A program made the position numbers and the translations under genes. The notes below the pieces were generated by a model. The model did no database searches. It saw nothing but the letters and a program-made list of their open reading frames with translations, and was not told the origin of the DNA. Shown here in pieces: positions 9,074-19,312 of a stretch of 64,000 nt of DNA (position 1 is the first letter of the stretch; each line of letters begins with the position of its first letter). Source of the DNA: an uncultured SAR86 cluster bacterium (GTDB lineage: Bacteria > Pseudomonadota > Gammaproteobacteria > Magnimaribacterales > D2472); NCBI GenBank assembly GCA_902627055.1, contig CACOHS010000003.1, positions 65,490 through 129,489 of the forward strand, written 5' to 3'.

Positions 9074-9756
9074 GACCGTTTACCCAAAAGACTCTCGCCA
9101 ATTCTTATCATTGTTGAGCCAGCTCGGATTGATTCCTCAAAATCATTTGATGTCCCCAAGGATAATACATTGCATGCTGGGAACTTATTAACAAATGTGC
9201 TTTGCAAAGAAGTTATGTTTTTCATGGAATCTATTTTATCTTTTTTAGATTGATTAATCTTTGGCATAAACATTAGTCCCTTAAGAATTAAGTTTGGAAA
9301 ATTCATATCTACATTGCTTGCAAAATCAATAACGTCATTGGTGTTGATGCCAGATTTAGATTTCTCTTGATCAATATTTACTTGAATTAATACTTTAATT
9401 TTTCGTCCCTCTATTTCTAATGCATCATTTAGTTTTTTTGCTATCTTCTCTCTATCCAATGAATGGATCCAATGAGCATGCTTAGCGATAAGTTTTACTT
9501 TGTTTGATTGAATTGGACCAATAAAATGCCAAATTATATCTTTTGGAGTTGCTAAAACTTTTTTATCAAGCTCCTGCGCATAGTTTTCACCAAAATGATT
9601 AATTCCAAGTATGTAGGCCTCTTTAACAACCTCAATAGATTGCAATTTAGAAACTGCAATTAATTGCACGTCTTTTTCTGATCTCTGAGCTTTATGACAA
9701 GCAGCTTGGATTTTTTGAGAGATATCTGCGAATCTATCTTTTAGTTTTTCGTGCAT
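9070..9756 (-). CDS. yggS: YggS family pyridoxal-phosphate homeostasis protein
   Basis: LIAVSKLQ carries the PLP lysine. Also has HFIGPIQSNK and SLGTSNDFE motifs. Confidence 0.9.
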   Translation of the reverse strand: MHEKLKDRFADISQKIQAACHKAQRSEKDVQLIAVSKLQSIEVVKEAYILGINHFGENYAQELDKKVLATPKDIIWHFIGPIQSNKVKLIAKHAHWIHSLDREKIAKKLNDALEIEGRKIKVLIQVNIDQEKSKSGINTNDVIDFASNVDMNFPNLILKGLMFMPKINQSKKDKIDSMKNITSLQSTFVNKFPACNVLSLGTSNDFEESIRAGSTMIRIGESLLGKRS

Positions 9757-10277
9757 TTTTTATAGATTAGTGGCTGCCTATTATTTTTAATTAGCAGCTC
9801 TCGAGCATTATTAACTTCAGACTTATTTAGATAGGGGCCAGACATTACTCTAAATAATGGCTTCTCAGGTTGTTTCGAACTAAATGTCTTTTCAACATAA
9901 GATTTTAAGCCCAAAGATAGAAGCGAAGTTAGTTGTTCCTGCGCATACACTCTTTGACCATAAGATTCTATTTGAATTAGATATTCACAATCCTCTTCGA
10001 CAACAATACCTTCAAGCTCAATAAGAACAGTATCTTTTGCTAACTCTATAGGATACAGAAATTCAACCTTTGGATTGCTGACATTGCTTCTCACATTGGC
10101 AACATCAGTTTGCAATATTAAATTTGAGACAACTAATAGCAGGGTACTCATACCAGCAATAACTAATAAGTGCTTCATTTTAAGAGGTTGATTCATCTCT
10201 CTCTTTGCCCGCAAAGAGGTCTTAACTCTTCTTGTCTTTGACTTATTAATCGGATGTTTTTTAGCAAAATCTTTCAC
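9741..10277 (-). CDS. Membrane-anchored SPOR-domain protein (peptidoglycan-binding, division-associated)
   Basis: Basic N-terminus, one TM segment and a C-terminal SPOR-like pattern (YLIQIESYG...LFRVMSGPYLNKSEVNNARELL). GTG start. Confidence 0.55.
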   Translation of the reverse strand: MKDFAKKHPINKSKTRRVKTSLRAKREMNQPLKMKHLLVIAGMSTLLLVVSNLILQTDVANVRSNVSNPKVEFLYPIELAKDTVLIELEGIVVEEDCEYLIQIESYGQRVYAQEQLTSLLSLGLKSYVEKTFSSKQPEKPLFRVMSGPYLNKSEVNNARELLIKNNRQPLIYKKCTKN

Positions 10278-10282
10278 GTCAA

Positions 10283-12013
10283 TTACATACTTTCTAAAGG
10301 CTCAATGCCCAACAAGTCTAGAGAAGAAGCTATAACAGATTTAACAATGATAAGGGTGCGCATAATATTATTCTTATGCTCTTCATCTGCATTGAGGATG
10401 TTTACGTTGTTGTAAAATTGATGAAAATTTTGCGCAATATCCTTCAAGTAATAAACAATAAGATGAGGCTGCAAGCTCTCTCCAGAACTTTTAACAATAA
10501 ATTGAGCATTTAAAGCTATTTGAAGCAGCTCATCACAATTGTCAAATTTGGCATCGTTAAATTTCTTAGGTAAAGACTTTCCTAATTCAAGAAACTTTTT
10601 TTCTACAGAGCTGATTCTCGCATGCGCATACTGGATGTAATAATAAAGATTATCTTTTGAATTAGATCTAGCTATTCCAATATCAAAATCTAAATGTTGA
10701 TCTGCTTGTTTAGATAAGTAGTAAAATCTTGAGGCATCAGGACCAATGTCATCAATAAGTTTTTTAAGCGTATAAAAATTTCCACTTCGGGTTGACATTT
10801 TTACCTTAGATCCATCTTCAAAAAGATTAGCAAATTGAACGAGCTGAACTTGCATTTGTTTTTTGCTATAACCCAATGCTTCAATAGCAGCTTCTATCCT
10901 CTTAATATAACCATGATGATCTGCACCCCAAACATTTATTATGGTGTCAAAGCCCCTGTCTAATTTATTTCTGTGATATGCCAAATCAGCGGATAGGTAT
11001 GTTCCTCTTCCGTCTTCACGGATAATTACACGATCTTTGTCATCTCCAAATTTTGAGGATTCTAACCAAATAGCTCTATTTTTTTCATATGCATGATCTT
11101 TTTGTACTTTAGCAAGCGCTTTAGAAATTTCTGATTTTTTATCTGAGAGTTCTCCAAGTGATGATTCAAAAAACCAATTGTCAAATACGACTTTAAATTT
11201 TGTTAAATCCTCTCTGATAGATTTGATAACAAAACCAAGGCCAAATTCTCTTATTGTTGACCACATATCTGAATAATTTATTTTTATGCGTTTAATTAGA
11301 GCATCAATTATTTCTTCATTGTTATCAGGAAGATCTTTTTTTAAAGATTCTTTTTCAGCTTGAGTCATGTCACTATCAATTTCAATGGCATCAGCAATAT
11401 CTAAAATGTAGGCTCCTTTATATGCAGATTCCGGAAATTGATTTTCGTCAAAGCATTCAAATTTTCTTAAAAAAATACTACATGCAAGAATATCAATTTG
11501 CCTGCCTGCGTCATTAACATAGTACTCTCGAGAGACTTCATGACCTAGTCGCTCCAAGATTCGTCCAATAGCATCTCCGTATGCAGCTCCTCTGCCATGA
11601 CCAACATGCAAAGGACCAGTTGGATTTGCCGAGACAAATTCTATCTGTATTTTTTCTTTAAATGCATCTGAGGAATGAAGAAAATAAGTAGGATCATCAT
11701 GAGCATTATCTAGTTGAGTTAAAAATGCTTTCCGCGTTAAAAAAATATTTATAAAGCCTGGTCCAGCTAACTCTACTTTTGCAATTTCGGACTGAGATTC
11801 TAGGATGGGTATAAGGGCTGAGGCTATATCTTGAGGATTTTTTTTTGCAAGATTGGATGCAATCAAGCATAGGTTGGAAGTCCAGTGACCTTTCTTAAGT
11901 GAATCCGATAGAGTTAATTTTTGTTTTTTTCTTAGCGTCTTTTTTTGGTCTGCATCAAGAGAAAGTTCATTATCAATAAAATGATTTAGCGAAGCTGAAA
12001 TTTGATTATACAA
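10283..12013 (-). CDS. argS: Arginine--tRNA ligase
   Basis: 576 aa. Has the class I HIGH-type motif (ANPTGPLHVGHGRGA) and an MSTRSG KMSK-like motif. TTG start. Confidence 0.95.
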   Translation of the reverse strand: MYNQISASLNHFIDNELSLDADQKKTLRKKQKLTLSDSLKKGHWTSNLCLIASNLAKKNPQDIASALIPILESQSEIAKVELAGPGFINIFLTRKAFLTQLDNAHDDPTYFLHSSDAFKEKIQIEFVSANPTGPLHVGHGRGAAYGDAIGRILERLGHEVSREYYVNDAGRQIDILACSIFLRKFECFDENQFPESAYKGAYILDIADAIEIDSDMTQAEKESLKKDLPDNNEEIIDALIKRIKINYSDMWSTIREFGLGFVIKSIREDLTKFKVVFDNWFFESSLGELSDKKSEISKALAKVQKDHAYEKNRAIWLESSKFGDDKDRVIIREDGRGTYLSADLAYHRNKLDRGFDTIINVWGADHHGYIKRIEAAIEALGYSKKQMQVQLVQFANLFEDGSKVKMSTRSGNFYTLKKLIDDIGPDASRFYYLSKQADQHLDFDIGIARSNSKDNLYYYIQYAHARISSVEKKFLELGKSLPKKFNDAKFDNCDELLQIALNAQFIVKSSGESLQPHLIVYYLKDIAQNFHQFYNNVNILNADEEHKNNIMRTLIIVKSVIASSLDLLGIEPLESM

Positions 12014-12016
12014 AGT

Positions 12017-12577
12017 CTATACGCGCCCCGAATATTCTCCAGATCTGGTATCCACCTTAATTATTTCTCCCTCCTCAACAAACAAGGGCACTTGAATTGT
12101 TACACCGGTTTCAAGCTCTGCAGGTTTTGTTGCTCCTGAGACAGTATCACCTTTAACGCCAGGATCCGATTTTGTAATTTTTAACTCCACAAATGGTGGC
12201 GCCTCAACTGAAATGGGCTCATCGTTCCAAATTACTACTTCACAATTCTCCTGACCAACAATCCATTTCTTTGCTTCACTTACAACGTTTTCATTGATTG
12301 CAATTTGTTCAAAAGTAGAAGAATTCATAAAATGCCATTGCTCTCCATCTGAATAAAGATAGCTCATCTCAATCGTCATTACATCTGCCTCCTCTACGGA
12401 TTCACCTGATTTATATGTTTTATCTACTACCTTGCCAGTGATTAAGTTTCTAAATTTTACTCTCATTACTGCCTGTCCCTTGCCTGGCTTGTGAAACTCA
12501 TGCTCAAGAATTGAACATGGCTGATCATTAATGATGATTTTTAAACCATTTTTAAATTGGCTTGTTGATATTTTCAT
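12017..12577 (-). CDS. efp: Elongation factor P
   Basis: 186 aa. The KPGKGQA loop carries the modifiable Lys34. Confidence 0.95.
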   Translation of the reverse strand: MKISTSQFKNGLKIIINDQPCSILEHEFHKPGKGQAVMRVKFRNLITGKVVDKTYKSGESVEEADVMTIEMSYLYSDGEQWHFMNSSTFEQIAINENVVSEAKKWIVGQENCEVVIWNDEPISVEAPPFVELKITKSDPGVKGDTVSGATKPAELETGVTIQVPLFVEEGEIIKVDTRSGEYSGRV

Positions 12578-12616
12578 AGTGTGATTTACTTTCTTCTATT
12601 ATTTAATAGGCTTTTT

Positions 12617-14449
12617 ATGTACAAATTTTTATTATCTACTATTTTTATCTTTATCTTAGTGATTTCCTCGTGTTCAAGCGAGAAATCAAATGCTCTTACC
12701 GAATCCGATGCAGAGGCATTTCTCCAAAGTGTTGAGCTTGAAGATAAAACTCTTGGCCCTATTGTAAGCTCAGCTTATTGGATTGGCGCCAATTTTATCA
12801 CTTATGATTCTCAGAAAGTAGTTGCAGACTATGGTAAAAGATATCAATTGCTTGCATTAGAGAGAGCTCGGCAGGCTTCTTCTTTTGATGAAGTTGAAGT
12901 TTCTGAACAAAATCGAAGAAAGCTTAATCTTATAAAAAGTTCATTTGTGATGCCATCTCCCTTAGATGAAGCATTAGCGGGAGAAATATCATCAATTAGT
13001 GCTGAACTAGACGCTATGTATGGCACTGGAGAGCATTGTTTTTCCGCTGATGACTGTTATGACTTAGAGGCATTCGAGAACATTATTGATAATTCAAGAG
13101 ATCCCGATGAGCTTTTGAGGGCATGGGAAGGATGGAGAAATATTGGCAAGCCAATGAAAGATATGTACCTAAGAATGGTTGAAATAGGCAATCAAGGCGC
13201 TGATGACTTAGGTTATGACGGCCTTACTGATCTGTGGTTTAGTAAGTATGACATGCCAGCAGAAGATTTTTTAGATGAAACTGACAGAGTGTGGGATGAG
13301 CTAAAGCCTCTTTATGATGCTTTGCATTGCCATGTTCGCGATGAGCTATCAAACTTTTATGGTGAAAACATTGTTTCCAAAACTGGCAATTTGCCAGCGC
13401 ATGTATTGGGTAATATGTGGGGCCAGTCATGGGCAAATATTTATGACTTGGTTTACAAGGCAGAAAGTAATCAATCTAGCTCTGAGATAAATTTAACCAA
13501 CATACTCATCGAAAAGGATATTGATGAAGTTGAAATGGTAAAAATTGCTGAAAAATTTTTTATTTCTCTCGGATTTGAACCTTTGTCAGATACTTTTTGG
13601 GAAAGGTCATTATTTACAAAGCCTCAAGATAGAAATGTTGTATGTCATGCATCTGCTTGGGATATAGATTCAGACATTGATGATTTGAGAATCAAAATGT
13701 GTATTGAAAGAAATGCGGAAGACTTCTCAGTAATCCATCATGAGCTTGGACATATTTTCTACTATCAAGCTTACAGTGATCTTCCTGACATTTTTCAACG
13801 AGGAGCTAACGACGGCTTTCATGAAGCAGTAGGAGATTTATTATCATTATCAATAACTCCTAACTACCTCCAAAAGATTGGGATGATAACTACAGAGGAA
13901 GCTGCTAGGGCAAATTCAGATCCAATTTCTCTATTAATGAAGCAAGCTCTTGATGGCGTTGTCTCTGTTCCGTGGACTTTGATGTTAGATAAATGGAGAG
14001 CAAAAGTCTTCACTGGAGAAACAAGCCCAGATGACTTAAATAATTCTTGGTGGGAGCTAAGAAAATTTTATCAAGGCATTGAGGCTCCCCGTGATCGCGA
14101 TCTTGATGCATTTGATCCTGGAGCAAAATATCATATACCAGGTAATACACCCTACACTAGATACTACTTAGCAAAGATTCTTCAATATCAATTTCATGAG
14201 TCCCTTTGTAATCAAATGGGATTTGATGGACCGCTTCATGAGTGCTCAATATATGATAATGAGATTGCCGGAGAGAAATTAAGAGCCATGCTAGCTTTAG
14301 GACAAAGTAAAGAATGGCAAAGCGCATTGGAAGCAATGACCGGAACAAGGGAATTAAGTGGTAAAGCGATGTTAAACTATTATCGACCGCTTATGGATTG
14401 GCTTGATACAAAAAATGCAGAACGAACATGCGGATGGGAGGAATCATGA
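12617..14449 (+). CDS. M2-family zinc peptidyl-dipeptidase (angiotensin-converting-enzyme-like), predicted lipoprotein
   Basis: HHELGH zinc motif followed by HEAVGD, as in ACE. Signal peptide with lipobox (LVISSC). The ATG at 12617 is preferred over the upstream alternative start at 12581. Confidence 0.85.
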   Translation: MYKFLLSTIFIFILVISSCSSEKSNALTESDAEAFLQSVELEDKTLGPIVSSAYWIGANFITYDSQKVVADYGKRYQLLALERARQASSFDEVEVSEQNRRKLNLIKSSFVMPSPLDEALAGEISSISAELDAMYGTGEHCFSADDCYDLEAFENIIDNSRDPDELLRAWEGWRNIGKPMKDMYLRMVEIGNQGADDLGYDGLTDLWFSKYDMPAEDFLDETDRVWDELKPLYDALHCHVRDELSNFYGENIVSKTGNLPAHVLGNMWGQSWANIYDLVYKAESNQSSSEINLTNILIEKDIDEVEMVKIAEKFFISLGFEPLSDTFWERSLFTKPQDRNVVCHASAWDIDSDIDDLRIKMCIERNAEDFSVIHHELGHIFYYQAYSDLPDIFQRGANDGFHEAVGDLLSLSITPNYLQKIGMITTEEAARANSDPISLLMKQALDGVVSVPWTLMLDKWRAKVFTGETSPDDLNNSWWELRKFYQGIEAPRDRDLDAFDPGAKYHIPGNTPYTRYYLAKILQYQFHESLCNQMGFDGPLHECSIYDNEIAGEKLRAMLALGQSKEWQSALEAMTGTRELSGKAMLNYYRPLMDWLDTKNAERTCGWEES

Positions 14450-15318
14450 AACACTTAACTAATTTAGCCATTGCTGCAGGAGTTTTTATTTTTACAAAGT
14501 TATATGCTGAGACAATTTCTCATAACAGCATCGATTTTGACGGCTCAAACTTAATTGGACAAATTTTAGTTATGACTTTTGTTATTCAGTGGATAGCATA
14601 TATTCCAGCTTTTCTCTTTAAAACTGAAAAGTTTTATGACCTCACAGGTAGCATAACTTATATTGGAACCATTTTATTTGCTTTATATGCTACTGGCAGT
14701 TTAGCAAATCTTACTCTTGGCAATATTTTGGTTGGATTAGCCATAATTGTTTGGGCAATCAGATTGGGCTCATTTCTCTTTATGAGGATTCGTAAAGATA
14801 AAAAAGATGTAAGATTTAATTCGATAAAAAAATCTTTTTCACAATTCTTTATGACATGGACTTTGCAGGGCATGTGGGTTTTTATATGTTCATCTGCAGC
14901 TTTAATTGCTATTGCCAATCCGTCAGGCATTCCCATAAATAGCTTATTCATTTTAGGACTTCTGATGTTTATATTTGGTTTTGCAATTGAAGTTATAGCT
15001 GATAATCAAAAATCTGCATTTCGATCAATTCCAGAAAATAAAGACTCTTTCATAAATGAAGGGCTCTGGGCCAGATCTAGACATCCCAACTACTTTGGTG
15101 AAATCACTCTTTGGGCTGGCATAACAGTAATGGGCATATCAACATTTGAGGGCATGAATTATTTAGCAATTTTTTCACCTATTTTTTCCTATTTACTTTT
15201 AGTTTACGTTAGTGGGGTAAGAATGCTGGAGAATAGAGGGCATAAAAAGTGGGGCCATCTTGAGGATTATCAAAATTATAAGAAAAATACTCCTAAACTG
15301 ATCCCTAAAATTTTTTAG
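14446..15318 (+). CDS. DUF1295 / steroid-5-alpha-reductase-like integral membrane protein
   Basis: Multi-TM with the RSRHPNYFGEITLWAG motif. Its start ATG overlaps the M2 peptidase stop (ATGA). Confidence 0.75.
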   Translation: MKHLTNLAIAAGVFIFTKLYAETISHNSIDFDGSNLIGQILVMTFVIQWIAYIPAFLFKTEKFYDLTGSITYIGTILFALYATGSLANLTLGNILVGLAIIVWAIRLGSFLFMRIRKDKKDVRFNSIKKSFSQFFMTWTLQGMWVFICSSAALIAIANPSGIPINSLFILGLLMFIFGFAIEVIADNQKSAFRSIPENKDSFINEGLWARSRHPNYFGEITLWAGITVMGISTFEGMNYLAIFSPIFSYLLLVYVSGVRMLENRGHKKWGHLEDYQNYKKNTPKLIPKIF

Positions 15319-15499
15319 GCTCTAAGTTTTACTTATTTTACTTATAAAGTGTATTAATCAATAAATATAACCAAAGTAAATAACTTTTAAATAAGTAACA
15401 CCATTTAAAGTAAAATTGGGTACAATTTTATTTTTATAAAAGTTTGAATAATTTCACTACGCTGTTAGACTAGTGAACCATTTTTCAAAGGGGAAAAAT

Positions 15500-16252
15500 A
15501 TGTTAAAGAAAAGCCTAGTAGCTCTTACTATGTTGTCATCTTTCGTCATGGCATCAGAGATGGAGCTTGTCTTAGAAGTTGGAAGAGATAACACAGAACT
15601 TTCAGCTAAATCTCAAGCTAAAATTGATGCCACAGAATCAGATACTGATAAATTAATTAACGAATTTAAAGTAGTCTCAAAGCAAGTTGAGGGATTAAAG
15701 TTATATAACGCACAGAAAAGGATCCAAATTCAAGCTCAACTTGATTTAATGGATAAATATGATGAACAGCTTGTTCAAGTTGTTGTAATGCAAAGACAAA
15801 TACCGCCTTTAGCACAAAGAATGCTTGAAGGGCTTGAGAAGTATGTCAATCTCGACACTCCATTTCACATAGAAGAAAGGAAGCAAAGACTTGATCTTGT
15901 AAGAGCTTCACTTTCAAATCCTAAGGTGACTGCTTCAGAGCAAGTAAGACAAATATTAGAGGCTTATAACATCGAAGCTGAATATGGAAGAAAACTTGAC
16001 GCTTATGATGAAACTATTGTTTTAGATGGACAGGAGGTTGTTGTCAATATACTTAGAGTTGGAAGGCTCGGGATGTTCTTCCAGTCTAAGGATGAAAGAA
16101 CCACTGGATATTATGATAATGAAACAGGTACTTGGGAAGAGCTTTCTGGAAGTTACAGAGTAACTGTAAGAGATGGAATCAGAATGGCACAGAAATTAGC
16201 GCCTATGGATATTATGATGCTGCCTATAGTTTATAGAGGAGATGCATCATGA
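15500..16252 (+). CDS. DUF3450 periplasmic coiled-coil protein (TtpB-like, TonB2-system associated)
   Basis: Signal peptide and a coiled-coil body. It is the first gene of the TonB2-type cluster. The ATG at 15500 follows AAAGGGGA. Confidence 0.7.
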   Translation: MLKKSLVALTMLSSFVMASEMELVLEVGRDNTELSAKSQAKIDATESDTDKLINEFKVVSKQVEGLKLYNAQKRIQIQAQLDLMDKYDEQLVQVVVMQRQIPPLAQRMLEGLEKYVNLDTPFHIEERKQRLDLVRASLSNPKVTASEQVRQILEAYNIEAEYGRKLDAYDETIVLDGQEVVVNILRVGRLGMFFQSKDERTTGYYDNETGTWEELSGSYRVTVRDGIRMAQKLAPMDIMMLPIVYRGDAS

Positions 16253-17631
16253 AAAATTTAAATAAATATTTTTTCACTTTTGTACTTATATTTTCTTTTG
16301 AAATTGTTTCTCAAGAAAGCTCTGATGGCGAGCCAACAACAATTCAAGGTTTGCTCCAGCTAGTTGAGCAAGGAAGAACATCTGAACAAAATGTTAACAC
16401 TCAAAGGGAAGCTGAATTTTTAGCAAACAAAAATCAACAAGCTGCAAAGCTTGCAGCTGAAAAGAGAGAATTAGCAAGGCAAGAAAGAATTGCTGACCAA
16501 CTCGAGGCTGAATATAAGAAGAATGATGCAATTTTGGTTGTAAAGGAAGCAGCATATAAGAAAGAATTGGGTTCATTGGTTGAGCTATTCGGTCATCTGC
16601 AAAGCTCAGCAGGAGAGGCAAGTTCTCTTTTTGCCGATTCTTTGACGTCTGCTCAGTATGGAAAAGATAGAGAAACTTTCTTAAATGATCTTTCTGCAAA
16701 AATGTCAGATGCCACCGAGCTTCCTACAATCAGAGAGCTTGAAGGGCTATGGTACGAATTGCAGAGAGAAATGGTCGCAGGTTCTGAAGTTGTAAGTTTT
16801 AACACAAATGTTATTAATCTTGATGGAGAATCTGAGAATTGTGTGGTGACCAGGGTAGGACTTTACAACGCTATTTGTGATGGAAAGTATCTTGAATACA
16901 TTGGAAGCAAGGGACAATATGCATTTCTAGGTAAACAACCTGAAGGTCGTTATGTAAGTTCAGCAAAAAAATTATCTAAAGCTGATCCTGGTGATGTAGT
17001 TAAGTTTGGAGTTGATCCAACAGGTCCTGTTGGTGGAAGCTTGCTTGCAAACTTAATTCAAAACCCTAGTCTAATGGAAAGAGTTAACCAAGGAAGGGAA
17101 GTTGGTTACATAATTATTATTGTTGGTTTGTTTGGTATCGGAATAGCTTTTTGGAAACTGTTTACTTTATATAACATGGGCGTGGCTGTTAAAAAGCAAG
17201 CAAAATCAAAAACTCATGATAAATCTAACCCATTAGGAAGAGTTCTAGCTGTTGGTGAAGAACATATGAGCAAAGATATTGAAACCCTTGAATTGAAACT
17301 TGCTGAGGCAATTATGGCAGAAAGACCTGCTATAGAAAGAGGAATTCCAGTGGTAAAAATTATTTCGGTTGTGGCTCCTTTAGCCGGATTGCTCGGAACA
17401 GTAACAGGTATGATTGTTACTTTCCAGCAGATCACATTATTTGGTACTGGAGATCCTAAAATAATGGCAGGAGGTATCTCACAAGCTCTAGTGACAACTG
17501 TGTTGGGACTTGTGGTTGCTATTCCTACAACACTTCTACATTCTTTTGCTAACTCATCAGCAAGAGGAATTATTAATGTTCTAGAAGAGCAGAGTACAGG
17601 AATAGTAGCCGAACATTCTGAATCAAAATAA
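16249..17631 (+). CDS. MotA/TolQ/ExbB proton-channel family protein with a long periplasmic N-domain (TtpC-like)
   Basis: 460 aa. Signal peptide, roughly 280 aa of coiled-coil domain, then a 3-TM ExbB-like C-terminus (APLAGLLGTVTGMI). ATGA overlap with the upstream gene. Confidence 0.8.
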   Translation: MKNLNKYFFTFVLIFSFEIVSQESSDGEPTTIQGLLQLVEQGRTSEQNVNTQREAEFLANKNQQAAKLAAEKRELARQERIADQLEAEYKKNDAILVVKEAAYKKELGSLVELFGHLQSSAGEASSLFADSLTSAQYGKDRETFLNDLSAKMSDATELPTIRELEGLWYELQREMVAGSEVVSFNTNVINLDGESENCVVTRVGLYNAICDGKYLEYIGSKGQYAFLGKQPEGRYVSSAKKLSKADPGDVVKFGVDPTGPVGGSLLANLIQNPSLMERVNQGREVGYIIIIVGLFGIGIAFWKLFTLYNMGVAVKKQAKSKTHDKSNPLGRVLAVGEEHMSKDIETLELKLAEAIMAERPAIERGIPVVKIISVVAPLAGLLGTVTGMIVTFQQITLFGTGDPKIMAGGISQALVTTVLGLVVAIPTTLLHSFANSSARGIINVLEEQSTGIVAEHSESK

Positions 17632-17638
17632 ATAGATA

Positions 17639-18163
17639 ATGTTTTACGCTATTACTGAAGCATTTAATACCCTCAGAGACTTTATGTCTGCTGGGGGAAG
17701 TGTGCTTTGGTTGATAGCAATTCTTGCTGCTTTCATGTGGGCGATAATCTTGGAGAGAGTTTGGTATTTTAATTCTGGTCATCAAGAGTATATGGGCGAA
17801 TTAAAATCTGAATGGGAATCAATAAGTGATCACTCATCTTGGAAAGCCCAACAAATAAAAGATAAATTAATTTCTCAAGCAAAAGAAGCAGTTAATAAAC
17901 ATCTGCCACTTATAAATACATGTGTTGCTCTTGCTCCCCTTTTTGGATTATTGGGTACAGTTACCGGAATGATAGAAGTATTCCAGGTAATGGCATTCAC
18001 CGGTGGTGGTGATGCGAGATCCATGGCTGGAGGAGTATCAAAGGCAACTCTTCCAACTATGGCGGGTATGACTACCGCATTATCTGGAGTATTTGCTACT
18101 ATTTATCTCAATGCAGCTAGAAATAGAGAAGAAATTTTAATAAAAGAAGTAATTAAAAGTTAA
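17639..18163 (+). CDS. exbB: Biopolymer transport protein ExbB (MotA/TolQ/ExbB family)
   Basis: 174 aa, 3 TM, with the APLFGLLGTVTGMI motif. Confidence 0.85.
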   Translation: MFYAITEAFNTLRDFMSAGGSVLWLIAILAAFMWAIILERVWYFNSGHQEYMGELKSEWESISDHSSWKAQQIKDKLISQAKEAVNKHLPLINTCVALAPLFGLLGTVTGMIEVFQVMAFTGGGDARSMAGGVSKATLPTMAGMTTALSGVFATIYLNAARNREEILIKEVIKS

Positions 18164-18175
18164 TAGGAGAGTATT

Positions 18176-18586
18176 TTGAGAAGAAACGCTATATCAAGTG
18201 CAGTTCAAGAAGAAGAAGCAGAAATCAATATGACACCAATGCTTGATGTTGTGTTTATTATGCTTATTTTCTTCATTGTGACCGCAAACTTTATTAAAGA
18301 GCCAGGTCTTGAGATAAACAGACCTGAATCTGATACATCAGAAACGCAAGAAAATGCAGCTATTTTAATTGCGGTTGGCGCTTCTGGCGAAATTTGGATG
18401 GATGGCAGAAGAATTGATGCTAGACAAGTTAAAGCCAACGTCGTTAAACTTTTAGCTGATAACCCTCAGGGATCAGTAGTGATTCAGGCTGATGAAAAAG
18501 CTATGGCTGATACAATCATAAAAGTTATGGATGGATCAAGAGAAGCTGGTGTATACAACATATCTCTTGCCTCCGAACCAAAATAG
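18176..18586 (+). CDS. exbD: Biopolymer transport protein ExbD/TolR
   Basis: 136 aa with the INMTPMLDVVFIMLIFFIV TM motif. TTG start 6 nt after AGGAGA. Confidence 0.85.
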   Translation: MRRNAISSAVQEEEAEINMTPMLDVVFIMLIFFIVTANFIKEPGLEINRPESDTSETQENAAILIAVGASGEIWMDGRRIDARQVKANVVKLLADNPQGSVVIQADEKAMADTIIKVMDGSREAGVYNISLASEPK

Positions 18587-18595
18587 AGAATTAAT

Positions 18596-19312
18596 TTGAA
18601 TACCGCTAATAATAGTTTAAGCACTTTATCGCAAACAATTACAAAAGTACTTGCGCCATTATTAGATTTGTTTAATAAAGCGTTTAACTACAATAAATAT
18701 CTAGCAGGTTCTGGATTTGCAGCTTTAATTACACTTGGATTGTTCTTTCTGATGGTTGCCTTGATTTCATTAGGAGATAATAGTATCCCAACAGATAATT
18801 CAAGAAAATTAGGCGATGTAATAATGCCTGATAGAGACATCGATACTTTATTTGATAATGTTGATAAACCTGAAGAGCCTGATCAACAGCCTGAAGACAT
18901 TGCTCAACCTGAATTAGATTTAGCGCCCTTAGCTGGGGTTGATGTAAGTCTTCCAAAGCCAAAAACTAACTTCGCTGGAGGCGGATCATTTTTTAGAGAT
19001 GGGGAATATATCCCATTATTTAAAGTCACGCCTATATATCCTAGAAGGGCTCAAGAAAGAGGAATAATGGGATACGCAGTTGTTGCATTTACAATTACTG
19101 AGACAGGTACAGTTGAAAATGCAGTCCCCCTAGAGGGGATGTGTGGAGATCCAACAAATCCTGAAACAGTTTATAGACAATGTTCTATATTTAATTCAGC
19201 TGCGTCACGGGCAGCATTAAAATTGAAATATAAGCCTAAAATAGTTGATGGGAAGGCAGTAAGGGTGGATGATGTACCTCACAAGTTTACTTTTATTCTT
19301 GAGGAAAGCTAA
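18596..19312 (+). CDS. tonB: Energy transducer TonB
   Basis: One TM segment, a Pro/Glu-rich spacer (EEPDQQPEDIAQPELD) and a TonB C-terminal domain (PIYPRRAQERGIMGYAVVAF). Confidence 0.8.
   Translation: MNTANNSLSTLSQTITKVLAPLLDLFNKAFNYNKYLAGSGFAALITLGLFFLMVALISLGDNSIPTDNSRKLGDVIMPDRDIDTLFDNVDKPEEPDQQPEDIAQPELDLAPLAGVDVSLPKPKTNFAGGGSFFRDGEYIPLFKVTPIYPRRAQERGIMGYAVVAFTITETGTVENAVPLEGMCGDPTNPETVYRQCSIFNSAASRAALKLKYKPKIVDGKAVRVDDVPHKFTFILEES

Noticed and set aside
15319-15499. Possible Fur box or operator (TGAATAATTTCA and TTACTTATT / AATAAGTAA repeats) upstream of the TonB cluster.
   Set aside because: The best candidate matches only about 7 of 15 positions of the Fur core. The short A/T-only repeats are expected by chance in this AT-rich spacer.
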